A DNA stretch of 63,458 bases, counting the filler, from Chiloscyllium plagiosum (taxonomy: Eukaryota): the NCBI RefSeq assembly GCF_004010195.1. It is 5 parts of one record of this genome, joined end to end, with 100 filler letters (N's around TTAATTAATTAA, not from the genome) between each part and the next. Parts side by side here need not be neighbours in the genome. Positions count along the whole stretch, not along the records: positions 1 to 26,081 come from NC_057715.1; 4 more parts are not named here. The stretch is one strand, 5' to 3'. The first letter of the stretch is position 1. Each line of letters opens with the position of its first letter. This document shows, piece after piece, positions 12,562 to 25,556 of the stretch. The position numbers and the translations under genes are program-made. A model generated the notes under the pieces. That model was not told where the DNA came from. It saw only the letters and a list, made by a program, of their open reading frames with translations, and ran no database searches.

Positions 12562-14409
12562 GTGCCATGGTTGCTGCCACGATAACACCCTCAGGATGGA
12601 TGAGGGATTCATGGATGGGCTATCAATGCCGACAAGCCAGTGATGCCCAAGTCCCACAAATGAATAAAAACAGTTAAAAAAAACATGTTGGTGCAGTGGG
12701 AGAGGTTGAGTCTTGCAGTGTGGAGGCTGCGTGGTGAGAGAATTCATGTTTGCAATGGCGAGATGTTTATTTACATCCATTTGTATGAACTAGCATGAAC
12801 TATTATCTAACCTTACTTCAATTGATATGCATTTTCCCATTCTTCCTCCCACCTGGTAGAAATTAAATGTTGACAATTCCTGACCTGAAAGAGCAAAGCT
12901 CCTGCAGGTTTCTAACACTGACAACAGTCACCAACAGCTCAGGGCATGCTCCATGGCCAGCAACCGCCTGAACCCACTCCGACCCCACATCCCCTCGCCC
13001 CCCTCCTCAGATGTTAGCATTGGATAGGTAACAGTCCCACCCCAAGATCATGACACATTCTGAATCACTTATTATATAGTTCTGCATGCTGATGTGTCAC
13101 TCTGGGTGCACTAACATCTTTCTTTGCCTGGGACACTTTGTGCAAATTGACAGACACCCAACACAAGAATCAGAACAGGGTGCATCTCAGGTGTCTGCAC
13201 TTGCTGTATTAGTGTACATACTTCAATGCTCACAGCATCTCTGCTTTGCCTTTCTGTGCTTTGCCTCCTCTTAAAAGCTTAAAAGCTCACAGTTCTTCAG
13301 TCTTGCCTTGGTGTTTAATGCAGACACAAAACCAGGCAGTTTCTCAACCTTGTCAGCAGTCGTCAGTTGAAGGGGTGGACAGGTTGCACCATGTTAGTCT
13401 CACAATTGCATATGTGCCATTCAGCAAACGCACTTCATTGTATCAACTAAATGGCCATGTCTCCAAGTCCAAGGGGAGTTGTGTTCAGTCAAGCCAAGGA
13501 AAACAGCCATTAGTCAAGGGGTTCCAGCACAGTAGGTTATTGTTTGTTATCTATCCAGGGATCTAGACATTCAGAGCAGTCAGATCAGGGATCTGTACCG
13601 CTAAAGTGGCCACAATCCAGTGTGGTCAGTCTGTGGATGTGCGTTAAGACAGCTGGACCAACGAGCGCTCTGGTCAGGCATTAGTCAGGGGCACTTATCC
13701 AAATTGGTCAAGGGTGTGGCTCAGAGTCAGTCCTGGGGGTCAGGGTGGGGTCACAGTCAGTTCTGGGGTTGGGCCACAGTCAGTCCTAGGGGTCACCTCG
13801 GTCAAGGGAGTTTATTAAGGGCCACTGCTGATCTAGAAAAAGTCATATGCTGGGATTCAGCGTGAAAGGTGGGAAACAGAACAAATAAGGGCATGGGAGG
13901 ATAAAAAGGCATGGGGTACCACAGGGAGGGGTTATGGACAGTCACAACTACCTTGGCTTCCACAGGGTGTCAGTGTGGCAATAAGGTTGGCATGAATAAG
14001 TGGCAGGCTACACTGGGCAGTCGGGGAAAAATAACAGTCCCTTAGGCAAGATTCTAAGATATGTTGAGGCTACTATATCTTGTGTATCTTGCTTCCTAAA
14101 CAGCAGTACCTTTATGAAGATGTACTTGTTTTTGCAATAAAGTGTCAGTCATGTCACCTGTATGCTGTGATACCCTGCCCAATATGTACCCTGTGATTGG
14201 CTGTTCCTGTCTGGTAGTGCTGACCTGTTACACATCTGGGCTTTAAAAATAGCACCTACTCAGGAATTCTGGGATGTCCTGGCAGTGGCAGCAAATTCCA
14301 CTTCTGGCAAGAGTTAAGAGAAGATGAATGGACTGCTGTAGAGGAGTGGTGCATAGGTGATGAAGCAAGTTTCAAGGAATAATGAAGACAGTGAAGGTGG
14401 TGGCTTCAG

Positions 14410-15372
14410 GATAGTGAACAAGGTGTTTGGTATGCTTGCCTTTATTGGTCAGCATATTGTGTACATCATGTCATGTTGCAGCTGTACAGGACATAGGTTA
14501 TACCACTTGTAGAAGATTGTGTGCAATTCTGGTCTTCCTGCTATGGGAAGATGTTGTGAAGCTTGAAAGGGTCTAGAAAAAATTTACAAGGATGCTGTCA
14601 AGGTTGGAGGGCTTGAGCTATAGGGAGAGGCTGAATAGGCTGTTTCCCCTGGAGCATTGGAGGCTGAGGGATGACCTTATGGAGGCGTAAGAAATCATGA
14701 GGGACATGGACAGGGTGAATATCAAAGACCTTTTCCCCAGGATGGGGCAGTCCAAAATTAGAGGACATAGGTTTAAGGTGAGAGGGGATAGATTTAGTTT
14801 AGATTACTTACAGTGTGAAAACAGGCCTTTCGGCCCAAGAAGTCACTACCGACACTCCAAAGAGGAACCCACCCAGACCCATTCCCCCACTTTTACCCCT
14901 TCACCTAACACTACAGGCAATTTAGTGTGGCCAATTCACCTAACCTACACATTGGACTGTGGGAGGAAACCAGAGCACCTGGAGGAAACCCACGCAGACA
15001 CGGGGATAATGTGCAAACTCCATACAAACAGTTGCCTGAGGTGGGAATTGAACCTGGGTCTCTGGCGCTGTGAGGCAGCAGTGCTAACCACTGTGCCACT
15101 GTGCCACCCAAAAGGGACTTCTGGGGCAACCTTTTCACACAGAGGCCGGTGTGTGTAAGGAATGAGCTGCCAGAGGAAGTGGTGGAGGCTGGTACAATTA
15201 CAACATTTAAAAGGCTTCTGCTTGGGTGTATGAATAGGAAGAGTTCAGAGGGATATGGGTGAAATGTTGGCAAATGGGACTAGATTAATTTAGGATATCT
15301 GGTCGGAATGGATGAGTTGGACCGAAAGCTCTGTTTCTATGCCATACATCCCTGTGACTCCATGACTCTATG
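14410..15372 (+). mobile_element. CR1 (HER1-like) 3' fragment interrupted by a SINE
   Basis: Co-linear with 33650-34310; ends in a (catgactc/tatga) tail. Confidence 0.9.
14795..15109 (-). mobile_element. HE1-type SINE nested in CR1
   Basis: Reverse-complement head ggtggcacagtggcacagtggttagcac...ggttcaattcc (Pol III A/B boxes); splits the CR1 sequence agattt|aaaaggga. Confidence 0.9.
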
Positions 15373-15389
15373 AATAGCATGCAAAATTC

Positions 15390-15660
15390 CTCCCTCACCT
15401 GACTGTGTGGATTGTATACATTCTCCCCACGTCTGTATGGGTTTGCTCCGGTTTACTCCCACAGTCCAAAGATGTGCAGGTTAAGTGGATCAGCCAAGCT
15501 AAATTGCCCACAGTGTCCAGGGATGTGCAGGATAGGTGTGTTAGCCATGGGAAATGCAGGGCTATAGGGCAGGGGGGTGGGTCTGTGTGGGATGTCCTGA
15601 AGACGGTCAGTGTGAACTTGATGGGCCAAATGGCCTGCTTCCACACTATATGGATTCTAA
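15390..15660 (+). mobile_element. HE1-type SINE, 5'-truncated
   Basis: Body cccacagtccaaagatgtgcaggttaagtggat and tail gggccaaatggcctg. Confidence 0.85.
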
Positions 15661-18587
15661 AGTGTCAATAAATTTTTATGCTCAAGTCTCTGAAACACAA
15701 ATTGTACATAAGGTAGCATGAGTTCCACTTTGTGATAATCTTTAAGACATGTTGACAATTCAGGTATTTCTGGGTGTCCTGCCTATTGCAAACTAGACTT
15801 AGTTTTGTCATCTTCACCAAATGAATTCATAACTGACTTCATTACAGGATCCAGTAAAGCACAATCAGAATGGAAAATGACATTTTCTGTACTGTTATGT
15901 ATTAAGTGTGCATCAATTGCACTTGCAGGACGCATCCTCACAAGAATTTGAAATTAAGCTAGATCAGACATGCATGACATTACACAGGAAAAACTTTAAT
16001 TAAATGTTCTAATTTAGACTTGTAGGGGATAATTCCTTTGCTGTGTGTGTGTGGTAAACAGGAAAGTGATAGGCTGACCATGCACAGTTAATGCCCAAAG
16101 GGGTCAGCATGGGATCCCAAATAATTTTTGTGGTTCACTTCCATTATCAGAACAGTGAAACCACAGCACAGGGCACTGATTAAAGAAAATAAGTTCAAAG
16201 TAGTTTCAGAAAAAATTAGGTTTGATTTTTGATTGCCATCTTGCAGCAATAATGAAGGCAGTTAAAATAAGGCAAACTGATTACTCTTTTTGATCAAGCC
16301 ACCTTTTCATGATCCACTGACACTAACCTGCTATTTGATCATAAAATAGTCTCTTCTTTCCAGCAACTGTCACAAAAATCGATATCTAGCTTTACCCAAC
16401 AGCAATTGAGAATCCTTTTAAATATTACAGAGGATGGTTAGCTCTTGGTTTTTGTAGACCATGGTCGATAGGATTCAAGTCTGTCTGAAAATTCTGAAAA
16501 AAATCAAAAGAAAATCAAAGAAACTTGATAAAACTTAACAATGTGCCTACTCTGCCATCCAATTGTGGCCACAAATGCAGCGGAAACTAAGGCAAAAACT
16601 TTCCCTCTATCAGGACGATATATTAGGGCCAGCAGAAGGTAAAGATTAATGTCTCCTCCATTGAGGATGATCAGAGTTCACTTACTGTATATTCTCAACC
16701 ACTGGATCTGTCTAACATATAGCATGATCTTTGAGTAGCATTTTACCAGCGGCAGCCAATTACTGGTTTCCACCTGGATCAAGGATAGTCGCCAACTCCC
16801 TAGAGTTGCTGGCTCAATCGGACAGCCAGTAATGGCTAGTAATGACCAGTGTTGAGGCTATATCACAAAGAAGAGGGGAAGGTGGAGTTGAGCACATTTT
16901 GTTTGAGAAAACTGGGAACAGGCAGACTCTGGAAATCAAAGGGAAGAATGATTATTGCACTAAAGGCTTCTTCGGCATGTGGGAAAGCTTTGCCATTCAG
17001 CTGAGGGTCGGAGCTTCTCCTTGGCCCACTAAACAACCAACAAAGAGGGTTCCTATATCCAGAGACTCTATCTGATGGTTAATTGATTCATTAATTAAAT
17101 ACACTAACCTTAACTGGTGGACTACTATGCCACTGACATTCCTGACAATGGCAATATGTCATGGTCCTGGGAAGATATTGGGTGCCCCTTCCTTATACCT
17201 TCTTGTGCCATATCTCAAGCAGTTGCTGCCTTCCTGCCGATCCCCAAAGAGCTGAGATTATTCAGTCCACTCCTTCATTACAGATGGTCAACCTGTATTC
17301 AGACATGTTGCAATGACAGAAAGGAAAAGACCCAATGAGTCTATTGAAGCTGAACCACCCAACTGCTGTTCCTTAGGCATAATATATATAATGCATACTC
17401 AAACAAAAACATACAATTTGTTGAGAGAAATGGAAAAAGCAAGTAAAGCTTCAGCCAATTAGGGGCAAGTCGAGGAAATATCTCTCTCACTCTTTAGGTG
17501 ATCAAACTTGGTCTAGTAGATCACTCTGCCTCTGATTAATGTTTCATATTTATACCATTTATGAGGTGATCCCTGTTTTAGCCAGAAACAGGATAGTTCT
17601 TAATTGAAAGAATTTAATGTATCAACAGTAATCATACGAGCTGGCAGTCTTTTCCAGAGGTATTGTATTCTCTAAGAGAAGAACCACCCCTAACATCCAG
17701 CCTTACATATCTTGACATTGTGAAGTATATGTGGAAAAATTCATCACATCTTTCTCTAACTCATAATGTCTACTCTAGCTCTCATTTCATGCACTGAATT
17801 GTAAATATACAATATTTGAACCAAGAAAAAAAATGATACTTTCGGGGAGAGAAACACATCATTACTGTTTTGCTTCAAAGAAAATAGATCAAAAACGAAG
17901 CATGCTTTTTATCAGTTTTATGAGTTGTGCTGAAAAGGCATGAGTGAATAGATAGACTATACAGTATGTTATCACTGGTACATGGAAACACATAGAACTA
18001 TAAACATTCCAATATTTGACAGGATCTTGAGATGTCAAAATATAGCTATTAAAGCCAAGAAAATGTCAAGGAGTCAGGAAGGTCATTTAGCTCATTGAAT
18101 CTCATTCTTTCAGCCCCAAATTCAAGTCAAGGATCAGGAGTAATCTATTTAGCCCTTCGGGCCCGTTGCAACACTCAAGATCATGACTGATCTTTCATCT
18201 AACTCCATATCTCTGCCTTTGTTTCATAGCCTGAATACCTTTAGATAACACAAATCCATCAACTCAGATTTACACTATCAATTGATACTGCATCATATTA
18301 CATTTGTGAAAGAAAGCTCCAAGTTTCTGCTCCCCTTTGTGAATAGACCTGTGTCCTCTTTCACCTCTTGAAAGGTCTGACTCTGATATTGTGACTATGT
18401 CTCCCAATCAAATCAGATCAGATCAAATCACTTTAGCTGCAGTTCTACACACATTCAGTTGTAATTGAAAGGATGAAATTAAACAACTAATCAGAGGAAT
18501 CTCCAAAAACATAATATTAAACATCTTTTTCTCTTTGCTCCTCCTGCCATCATCCTCATTCCACCAGTTTAATAACTCTTAACTTTG

Positions 18588-18828
18588 AAGTTAAAAATCA
18601 TCAAACACCAGGTTATAGTCGAACAGATTTATTTGGAAGCACTAGGTTTCGGAATTTTGCTCCTTTATCAGGTGGTTGTGGAGTATTAGCTTATACTTCA
18701 CAACCACTTGATGAAGGAACAGTTCTTCGAAAGCTAGTGCTTCCTAATAAACCTGGTGGACTATAATCTGGTGTTGTGTGATTTTTAACTTTGTACACCC
18801 CAGTCCAACTCTGGCACCTCCAAATCTT
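18588..18828. mobile_element. Fold-back PLE derivative (second family)
   Basis: Arms 18588-18688 and ~18694-18791 are inverted; cac tTGATGA...GAAA gc TA gtg at 18705-18739; same pLTR as 42113. Confidence 0.85.
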
Positions 18829-19079
18829 AATTTCTATGTTTCTTCAGTTTGGATGAAAGGGCACTTCGAGCTGAAAAAAAACCTTTTTTTCTCCAGTGAT
18901 GTTGCTTGACCTGCCCAGTGTGTTCAGATTTTCTTTTTGTATTTCTGTTCTACCGAAAGACTGTTTGTTATCTTTTACCCTGAAGGGGAAAATAAAACTG
19001 AAATGTATCTTTTGTCTGAATTATGTATTGCAGCACATCTCTGGTAGTAGTGTGAGCTGAGTGATGCTGAAACAGACTA

Positions 19080-19353
19080 CAGGAGAGGTGATGAACTAAT
19101 GGTCCAGAGACTCAGGTAATATTCTGGGGACTTGTGTTCAAATCTTGCTATAAGAGATGGTGGAATTTGAATTCAATTTCAATCTGGAGTTAACTATTGT
19201 ATATTTAGTTGGAAAAAATCCAACTAGTTCACTAATGCCCATGCCTGGTCTGGCCTACATGTGACTACAGACCCACAACAAAATGGCTGACTTTTAACTG
19301 CCCTCTGGGCAATTAGCAATAAATACTAGCCTTGTAGTGACACCCACACCCTG

Positions 19354-19356
<3 letters not shown>
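19080..19356 (+). mobile_element. Putative tRNA-type SINE with L2/CR1-like tail
   Basis: B-box-like gttcaaatc at ~19136; 3' end gggcaattagcaataaatactagcc...gacacccacaccctg resembles the LINE tail at 1412-1470. Confidence 0.55.

Positions 19357-19357
<1 letters not shown>

Positions 19358-19387
<30 letters not shown>
19358..19387. repeat. (TA)n microsatellite
   Basis: Direct reading. Confidence 0.95.
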
Positions 19388-19390
<3 letters not shown>

Positions 19391-20143
19391 GTAGAAACCG
19401 CATCATTTGAAACAGGGTTTACAACAGTAAGAATGCAGGGAATGTACAAATTGATTGTAAAAGATTCTACAGGTATTTGAAAAGAAATATATTAATGAAT
19501 ACAAATTTAGTTCGTTGCAGTCAGAAACAGGGAAATTTATAATGGAAAATGAAAAGATGGCAGACCAATTAAATATATGTTTGGTTCTGTCTTCATAAAT
19601 AACATCCCAAAAATATTTGGAAACACTGGATCTTGTGTGAGAGAGGAACTAAAGGAAATCAGTATGAGAATAAAAATGGTATTTGGAATATTGATGAGAT
19701 TATAAACTGATAACTCCCCAGAGTTTTTAAGGAAGTAGCACTGGAAATTGTGGATACTTTGGTGATCATCTTTTAATACTCTACAGAACATTTTCCTATA
19801 CTGTAGATTGGAAGATAGCTAATGAAGTCCCTTATTTTAACAAAAGGAAACAGGGACTATAGACACATTAGCCTGACATTGTTTGTGGGAAAATGCGAGA
19901 GACCATTATAAAAGATTTAGCAATAAAGCACTTGGAAAACAGTGACAAGATTGGACAAAAGCTAATTGAATTCATGAATGGAAAATCATTTTTGACGAAT
20001 CTATTGGAATTTTATTTGGATCTAACCTGTAGAATTGATAAGGGGGAACCAATGTATGTAGTTTACTGGAACTTTTAGAAGGCTTTCAATAAAGTCCCAT
20101 GAGAGAGATCGTCATGTAAAATTAAAGCACAGGGGATGGGGGT

Positions 20144-21608
20144 AGAGTCATAGAGTCATAGAGTTGTACAGAATGGAAACAGACCCTTCAGTCCAACCCG
20201 TCCATGCCGACCAGATATCCCAACCCAATCTAGTCCCACCTCCCAGCACCCGGCCCATATCCCTCCAAACCTTTCCTATTCATATACCCATCCAAAAGCC
20301 ACTTAAATGTTGCAATTGTATCAGCCTCCACCACATCCTCTGGCAGCTCATTCCATACACATACCACCCTCTGCGTGAAAACGNNNNNNNNNNNNNNNNN
20401 NNNNNNNNNNNNNNNNNNNNNNNNNNNNNNNNNNNNNNNNNNNNNNNNNNNNNNNNNNNNNNNNNNNNNNNNNNNNNNNNNNNNNNNNNNNNNNNNNNNN
20501 NNNNNNNNNNNNNNNNNNNNNNNNNNNNNNNNNNNNNNNNNNNNNNNNNNNNNNNNNNNNNNNNNNNNNNNNNNNNNNNNNNNNNNNNNNNNNNNNNNNN
20601 NNNNNNNNNNNNNNNNNNNNNNNNNNNNNNNNNNNNNNNNNNNNNNNNNNNNNNNNNNNNNNNNNNNNNNNNNNNNNNNNNNNNNNNNNNNNNNNNNNNN
20701 NNNNNNNNNNNNNNNNNNNNNNNNNNNNNNNNNNNNNNNNNNNNNNNNNNNNNNNNNNNNNNNNNNNNNNNNNNNNNNNNNNNNNNNNNNNNNNNNNNNN
20801 NNNNNNNNNNNNNNNNNNNNNNNNNNNNNNNNNNNNNNNNNNNNNNNNNNNNNNNNNNNNNNNNNNNNNNNNNNNNNNNNNNNNNNNNNNNNNNNNNNNN
20901 NNNNNNNNNNNNNNNNNNNNNNNNNNNNNNNNNNNNNNNNNNNNNNNNNNNNNNNNNNNNNNNNNNNNNNNNNNNNNNNNNNNNNNNNNNNNNNNNNNNN
21001 NNNNNNNNNNNNNNNNNNNNNNNNNNNNNNNNNNNNNNNNNNNNNNNNNNNNNNNNNNNNNNNNNNNNNNNNNNNNNNNNNNNNNNNNNNNNNNNNNNNN
21101 NNNNNNNNNNNNNNNCAGGATGTACATGTATTTGGAAAGGCAAGGACTGCTTCAAAAAACTTAATCAAGTTTGTGAGACATGATTTCCCACACACAAAGC
21201 CATGTTGACTATCCCGAATCAGTCCTTGCCTTTCCAAATGCATGTACATCCTGTCCCTCAGGGTTCCCTCCAACAACTTGCCCACCGCTGAGGTCAGGCT
21301 CACCAGTCTATAGTTCCCTGGCTTGTCCTCACCACCCTTCTTAAACAGTGGCACCACGTTTGCCAACTTCCAGTCTTCCGGCACCTCACCTGTGACTATC
21401 GATGATACAAATATCTCAGCAAGAGGCCCAGCAATCACTTCTCTAGCTTCCCACAGAGTTCTCGAGTACACCTGATCAGGACGTGGGGATTTATCCACCT
21501 TTAACCGTTTCAAGACATCCAGTACTTCCTCCTCTGTAATCTGGACATTTTGCAAGATGTCACCATCTATTTCTCTACAGTCTATATCTTCCATATCCTT
21601 TTCCACAG
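20144..21608 (-). mobile_element. Young 5'-truncated CR1 spanning an assembly gap
   Basis: KSPRPDQVY...ANVVPLFKKG...NYRLVSLTS; (agagtcat)n tail at 20144-20163. Confidence 0.9.
20384..21115. other. Assembly gap
   Basis: Run of N. Confidence 1.
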
Positions 21609-22129
21609 AGAACTGACAGAAATAAAGAACTGGTTGGCAGTTAGGAAACAAGAAGCAGGATTAAACAAGTCTTTCTTTAAGTTCTAGCTGATCATTGGTG
21701 GGGTATTGTGATCAGTGCTTGAATCCCAGCTATTCAGATGAGAGAATTATCTCTAAACTGGCAGACGACACAAGACTGGTGGGAGGATGAGCTGTGTAAA
21801 GGGTGATTCAGTGTGATTTGCATAAGTTGGGAGAGTGGTAAATGCATGTCATATAAGGTACAATGTGAGTAAATGTAAGGTTATCCACTTAATAGCAAAA
21901 ACAGAGAGAGGCAGATTATTAGCTGAATGGTTACAGATTGGGAAAGGTGGAGGTGCAGTGACACCTGGGGAGGTGTTCTTATGCACACCATTGAAAGTAG
22001 GCACGCAGGGGTAGCAGGTGGTGAAGAAGGCAAATGGCATTTTGCATCTTAGCGAGAGGATGAGAGTACACGAGCAGGGATGTCTTGCTGCGATTCCACA
22101 GCCTTCAGTAGGACCACACCTGGACTATT

Positions 22130-22960
22130 TTAAGAACAAGGAAACAGAAACTATGAGCAGGAGTAGGTCATTTAGTCCTTTAGCCCTTTGAGCCTGTTCC
22201 AATCATAACACCTCGGATCACAAGGTATAGGAACAGAGTTAGGCCATTTGACCCATCCAGTCTGTTCCATCATTCGATCATGGCTGATATGTTTCTCAAC
22301 CTTATTTTCCTGCCTTCTCCCTGCATTGCTTGATCTCCTATCAGCCAAGAACCTACCTATTTTTGTCTTAAATAAACTCAGTGACTTGGCCTCCACAGCT
22401 TTCTGTGGTATTGAATTCTACAGATTACGACCCTCGGGCTGAAGACATTCCTCTTCATCTCAGTTCAATAGAATCATCCCTTCACTCTCGGTTGTGCCCT
22501 AGCCTGGGCCCTAGTCTCACTTACAAGTGGAAACATTGTTTCCACATTCACTCTGTCTAGACTCCTAAATATTCTGTAAGTTTTGAATGAGATCACCCCA
22601 TACTTCCATCATGTCTAGACCCAGAATCTTCAACTGCGCATCAAATGTCAAACTCATCATCCTGGAATCATTTCTGCAAACCTCCTCTGGACCCTGTCCA
22701 ACGCCAACATGTCCTTTCTTAGTTACAGGGCTCAGAGCTGCTCATCATATTCCAAATGCCGATCATGGTAGATCACCCAACTCAGTACCCCGTTTCTGCT
22801 TTTTCCCTATACCCTTTGATCCCCTTATCCCTAAGAACTATATCTAACACCATCTTGAAAACATTCAATATTTTGGCTGCAACTGCTTCCTGTAGCAGAG
22901 AATTCCACAGGCTCACCATTCCCTGGGTGAAGAAACTTATTTTCATGTCTTCTTAGACCT
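22130..22960 (-). mobile_element. Cluster of CR1 3' fragments
   Basis: Several gagtaggccatt...ccatcattcgatcatggctgat tail copies. Confidence 0.7.
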
Positions 22961-23202
22961 TTCTTTTCTTAGCCCTACCTTGTATCCTTAAGAATCAGTC
23001 TGGGAAATCTTTGTTGCACTCAATCCATTGCCAGAAGATCTTCCCTCAGCTATGCTGACCAAAACTGCACAAAATGCAATTCCTAGCTGAACAGTTCTGA
23101 TCTATGAAAAGTGATAATTGGTTAGGACTAGATTCACTACAGTTTCGAACAACAAGTTGGGATCTCATGGAAACCTATAAAATTGATTGATCAGCCATGA
23201 TC

Positions 23203-23956
23203 GTTTTTTTATTTCAAAAATATACTTTATTCATAAAACAATTTGATAGTCCATACAGTTGGTCATGCCATACATACGTAAACATTTACATACAGAGATC
23301 AGAATTTATCATTTTTATGTACAGGTCTGTATGTTTATCAATCAGATGTCCATATATTTAGCTGAGGCATCAACAGAGCCCAAATGACTGCATGGGCCCC
23401 TGGTTCTTCTTTAGGCAGGCAGACGGGACATGGTGGTCTTTCCCCACCGCGCCTTGGCGGCAGCTGCCCCAAGCTTCAGCGCGTCCCTCAACGCCAGTCT
23501 GCAACACTCAGTCGGGGTCAACTCCTTCAGCTGGAAGATCAACAGGTTTCGGACTGCATCGTTCACCGAGTTGATGATCCTCCAGGCACAGTTGATGTTC
23601 GTCTCAGTGTGTGTCCCGGGGAACAGACCATAGAGCACGGAGTCCCGCGTCACAGTGCTGCTCGGGATGAACCTCGACAAACACCACTGCATTCCTCTCC
23701 AGACTTCTTCTGCGTAGGCACATTCCAGAAGGAGGTGTGTGACAGTCTCGTCCCCCCCGCAGCCGCTTCGAGGGCAGCGTGCAGTGCTGCTGAGAGTCTG
23801 GTCATGCATAAAGGATCTCACAGGCAGAGGCCTTCTCACCACCAGCCAAGCCATGTCTTGGTGCTTGTTGGAAAGTTCTGGCGATGAGGCATTCTGCCAA
23901 ATGGCTTTGACAGTCTGCTCAGGGAACCGCTCGATTGGATCCACCCTCTCCTTTTC
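23203..23956 (-). mobile_element. Tx1-clade LINE 3' fragment (zf-RVT domain)
   Basis: WLVVRRPLPVRSFMH...CPRSGCGGDETVTHLLLEC; AATAAA and A-rich tail on minus strand; TSD ccatgatc at 23195-23202 and 23957-23964. Confidence 0.9.
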
Positions 23957-25383
23957 CCATGATCAGATTGAATGATAGAGTAGGCTTGAAGGGCCTAGTG
24001 TCCTACTCCTGACCCTATTCCCAATGTTTCTGTGTTTGTACATACACTTTTCCCTTCTGCTGACTGGTTCTCATCTAACAAATTGTCTCATTTACTAAGT
24101 TAGGATGGGTGAATATTGTCCTTTTTTCACATGTAAACCAACTCAACTCGAGAGGGTAAACAAGCCGAGGCAGATTCGAGGCCTCTCTGGTTTGTTTACA
24201 TGGAAAGGATTGTTCACTTGGGAAACAGAGGAAACAAACCATTATGGGTCAAATGATTTCACACATTTCCAAATTCCAATTGCAAATTAATACAAAATAA
24301 GGGGAAATCAACCCCTAACATGTCCACACAAAACTCAGAAATAATCTTTTATTACATGGTTGACTTTTCTGGTGAGATTTAATTTAACATTTTCATTAAT
24401 TAATTCCTTGTCATTAATTAATAGCAGCAGCATCTTTTAGTGATTTATCCGTATTATTAATAAGTACAGTTTCGATGATCATTTCCAGACTGTGCATTAA
24501 TTATTTACCGATGAGGTCATGTATCTGTATTCTGCACCAAGTTCCAGATACAGACAGACTATTGATCCTTATTTGCCTCATGCACATTTGAAATGAAGAA
24601 TTATATCTGCATGAAACATTTACTTAGTAATGACAAAAAGGAAAATTATGAAGCACTCTGTTGCATTTCATTGACGTTTTTGCCAGCAGGGGACTCTCTC
24701 CTCTATTTTCCAGAAAGATTCTCAAACCAAGACAGAAATTTGTTACATTTGAGAAACTAAAGAGGCCAAATCCCACTAGAAATAGAAAACTATTCCAAGC
24801 TGTTCCCCGTCCCACTCATCAGACATGTCTAAATTTTAACACCGATTATCCCTGGGAACTTGTACAAAATAGGTGTTAATGACAGATTTGTCTTCATATC
24901 TCGTTTAATCGAACAGCCTGTTATTGAGCTGGTAATGGATTCCAATTACTGACACAAAGTTAAATGAGATTCTATTACTCCTTTGTGAAGTTTCATTTTA
25001 CAATCAAATAGCTTGATTTTTTTTGGTCTATTGACGGTATTGATTATAAAAGGCTTTCTAACCTCATCACAGCCACTTTGTTACAAAAAATAGATCTTGT
25101 GGGAAATATTAGTCATAGGCTGCAAAATTAGAGTAGGAGTGAGGCTCTTTATGTCAAAATTGTGTCTGTACCACTGACACCTGATGCTCACCACATTGGG
25201 TGCCATTCAGGCTGGTGGTTTAGGCGATAGAAAATAGGCTGATTGGAAGGCTGAGCAAAGTACCTTGGTGTCGTGCTTCTAATTGTAGCTCTTCCAACTA
25301 AGGGTTCTCATCATCTTGTACAGCTGACTATGCACTCACATGCAGAAAGGACATCAATCTCCAACTGCACTATCACCGCCCTT

Positions 25384-25556
25384 AAACAAAAACAGAAATT
25401 GTTGGAGAAACTCAAAAGGTCTGGAGGGATCTATGGACAGAAAGCAGTGCTAATGTTTCAGGTCTTCAGAAGGGTCACTGGACCGGAAATATTAACTCTG
25501 TTTCTCTCCTCACGGATGCTGCCAGACTTGCTGAGTTTCTCCAGCATTCTCGGCTT
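25384..25556. mobile_element. Fold-back PLE derivative
   Basis: gttggagaaactcaaaaggtctgg... pairs with ...ccagacttgctgagtttctccagc; central cagaagggtcactggaccggaaa. Confidence 0.8.

Larger units (their letters stand above)
19440..22130 (+). mobile_element. Old CR1 ORF2 remnant hosting a younger antisense CR1
   Basis: FMNGKSFLTNLLEF...DKGEPMYVVY before 20143; continues after 21610 (ADDTRLV-like). Confidence 0.8.

Noticed and set aside
20164..21651. Long ORFs of 259-473 aa (also 60722-61754)
   Set aside because: They are open only because they cross N runs.
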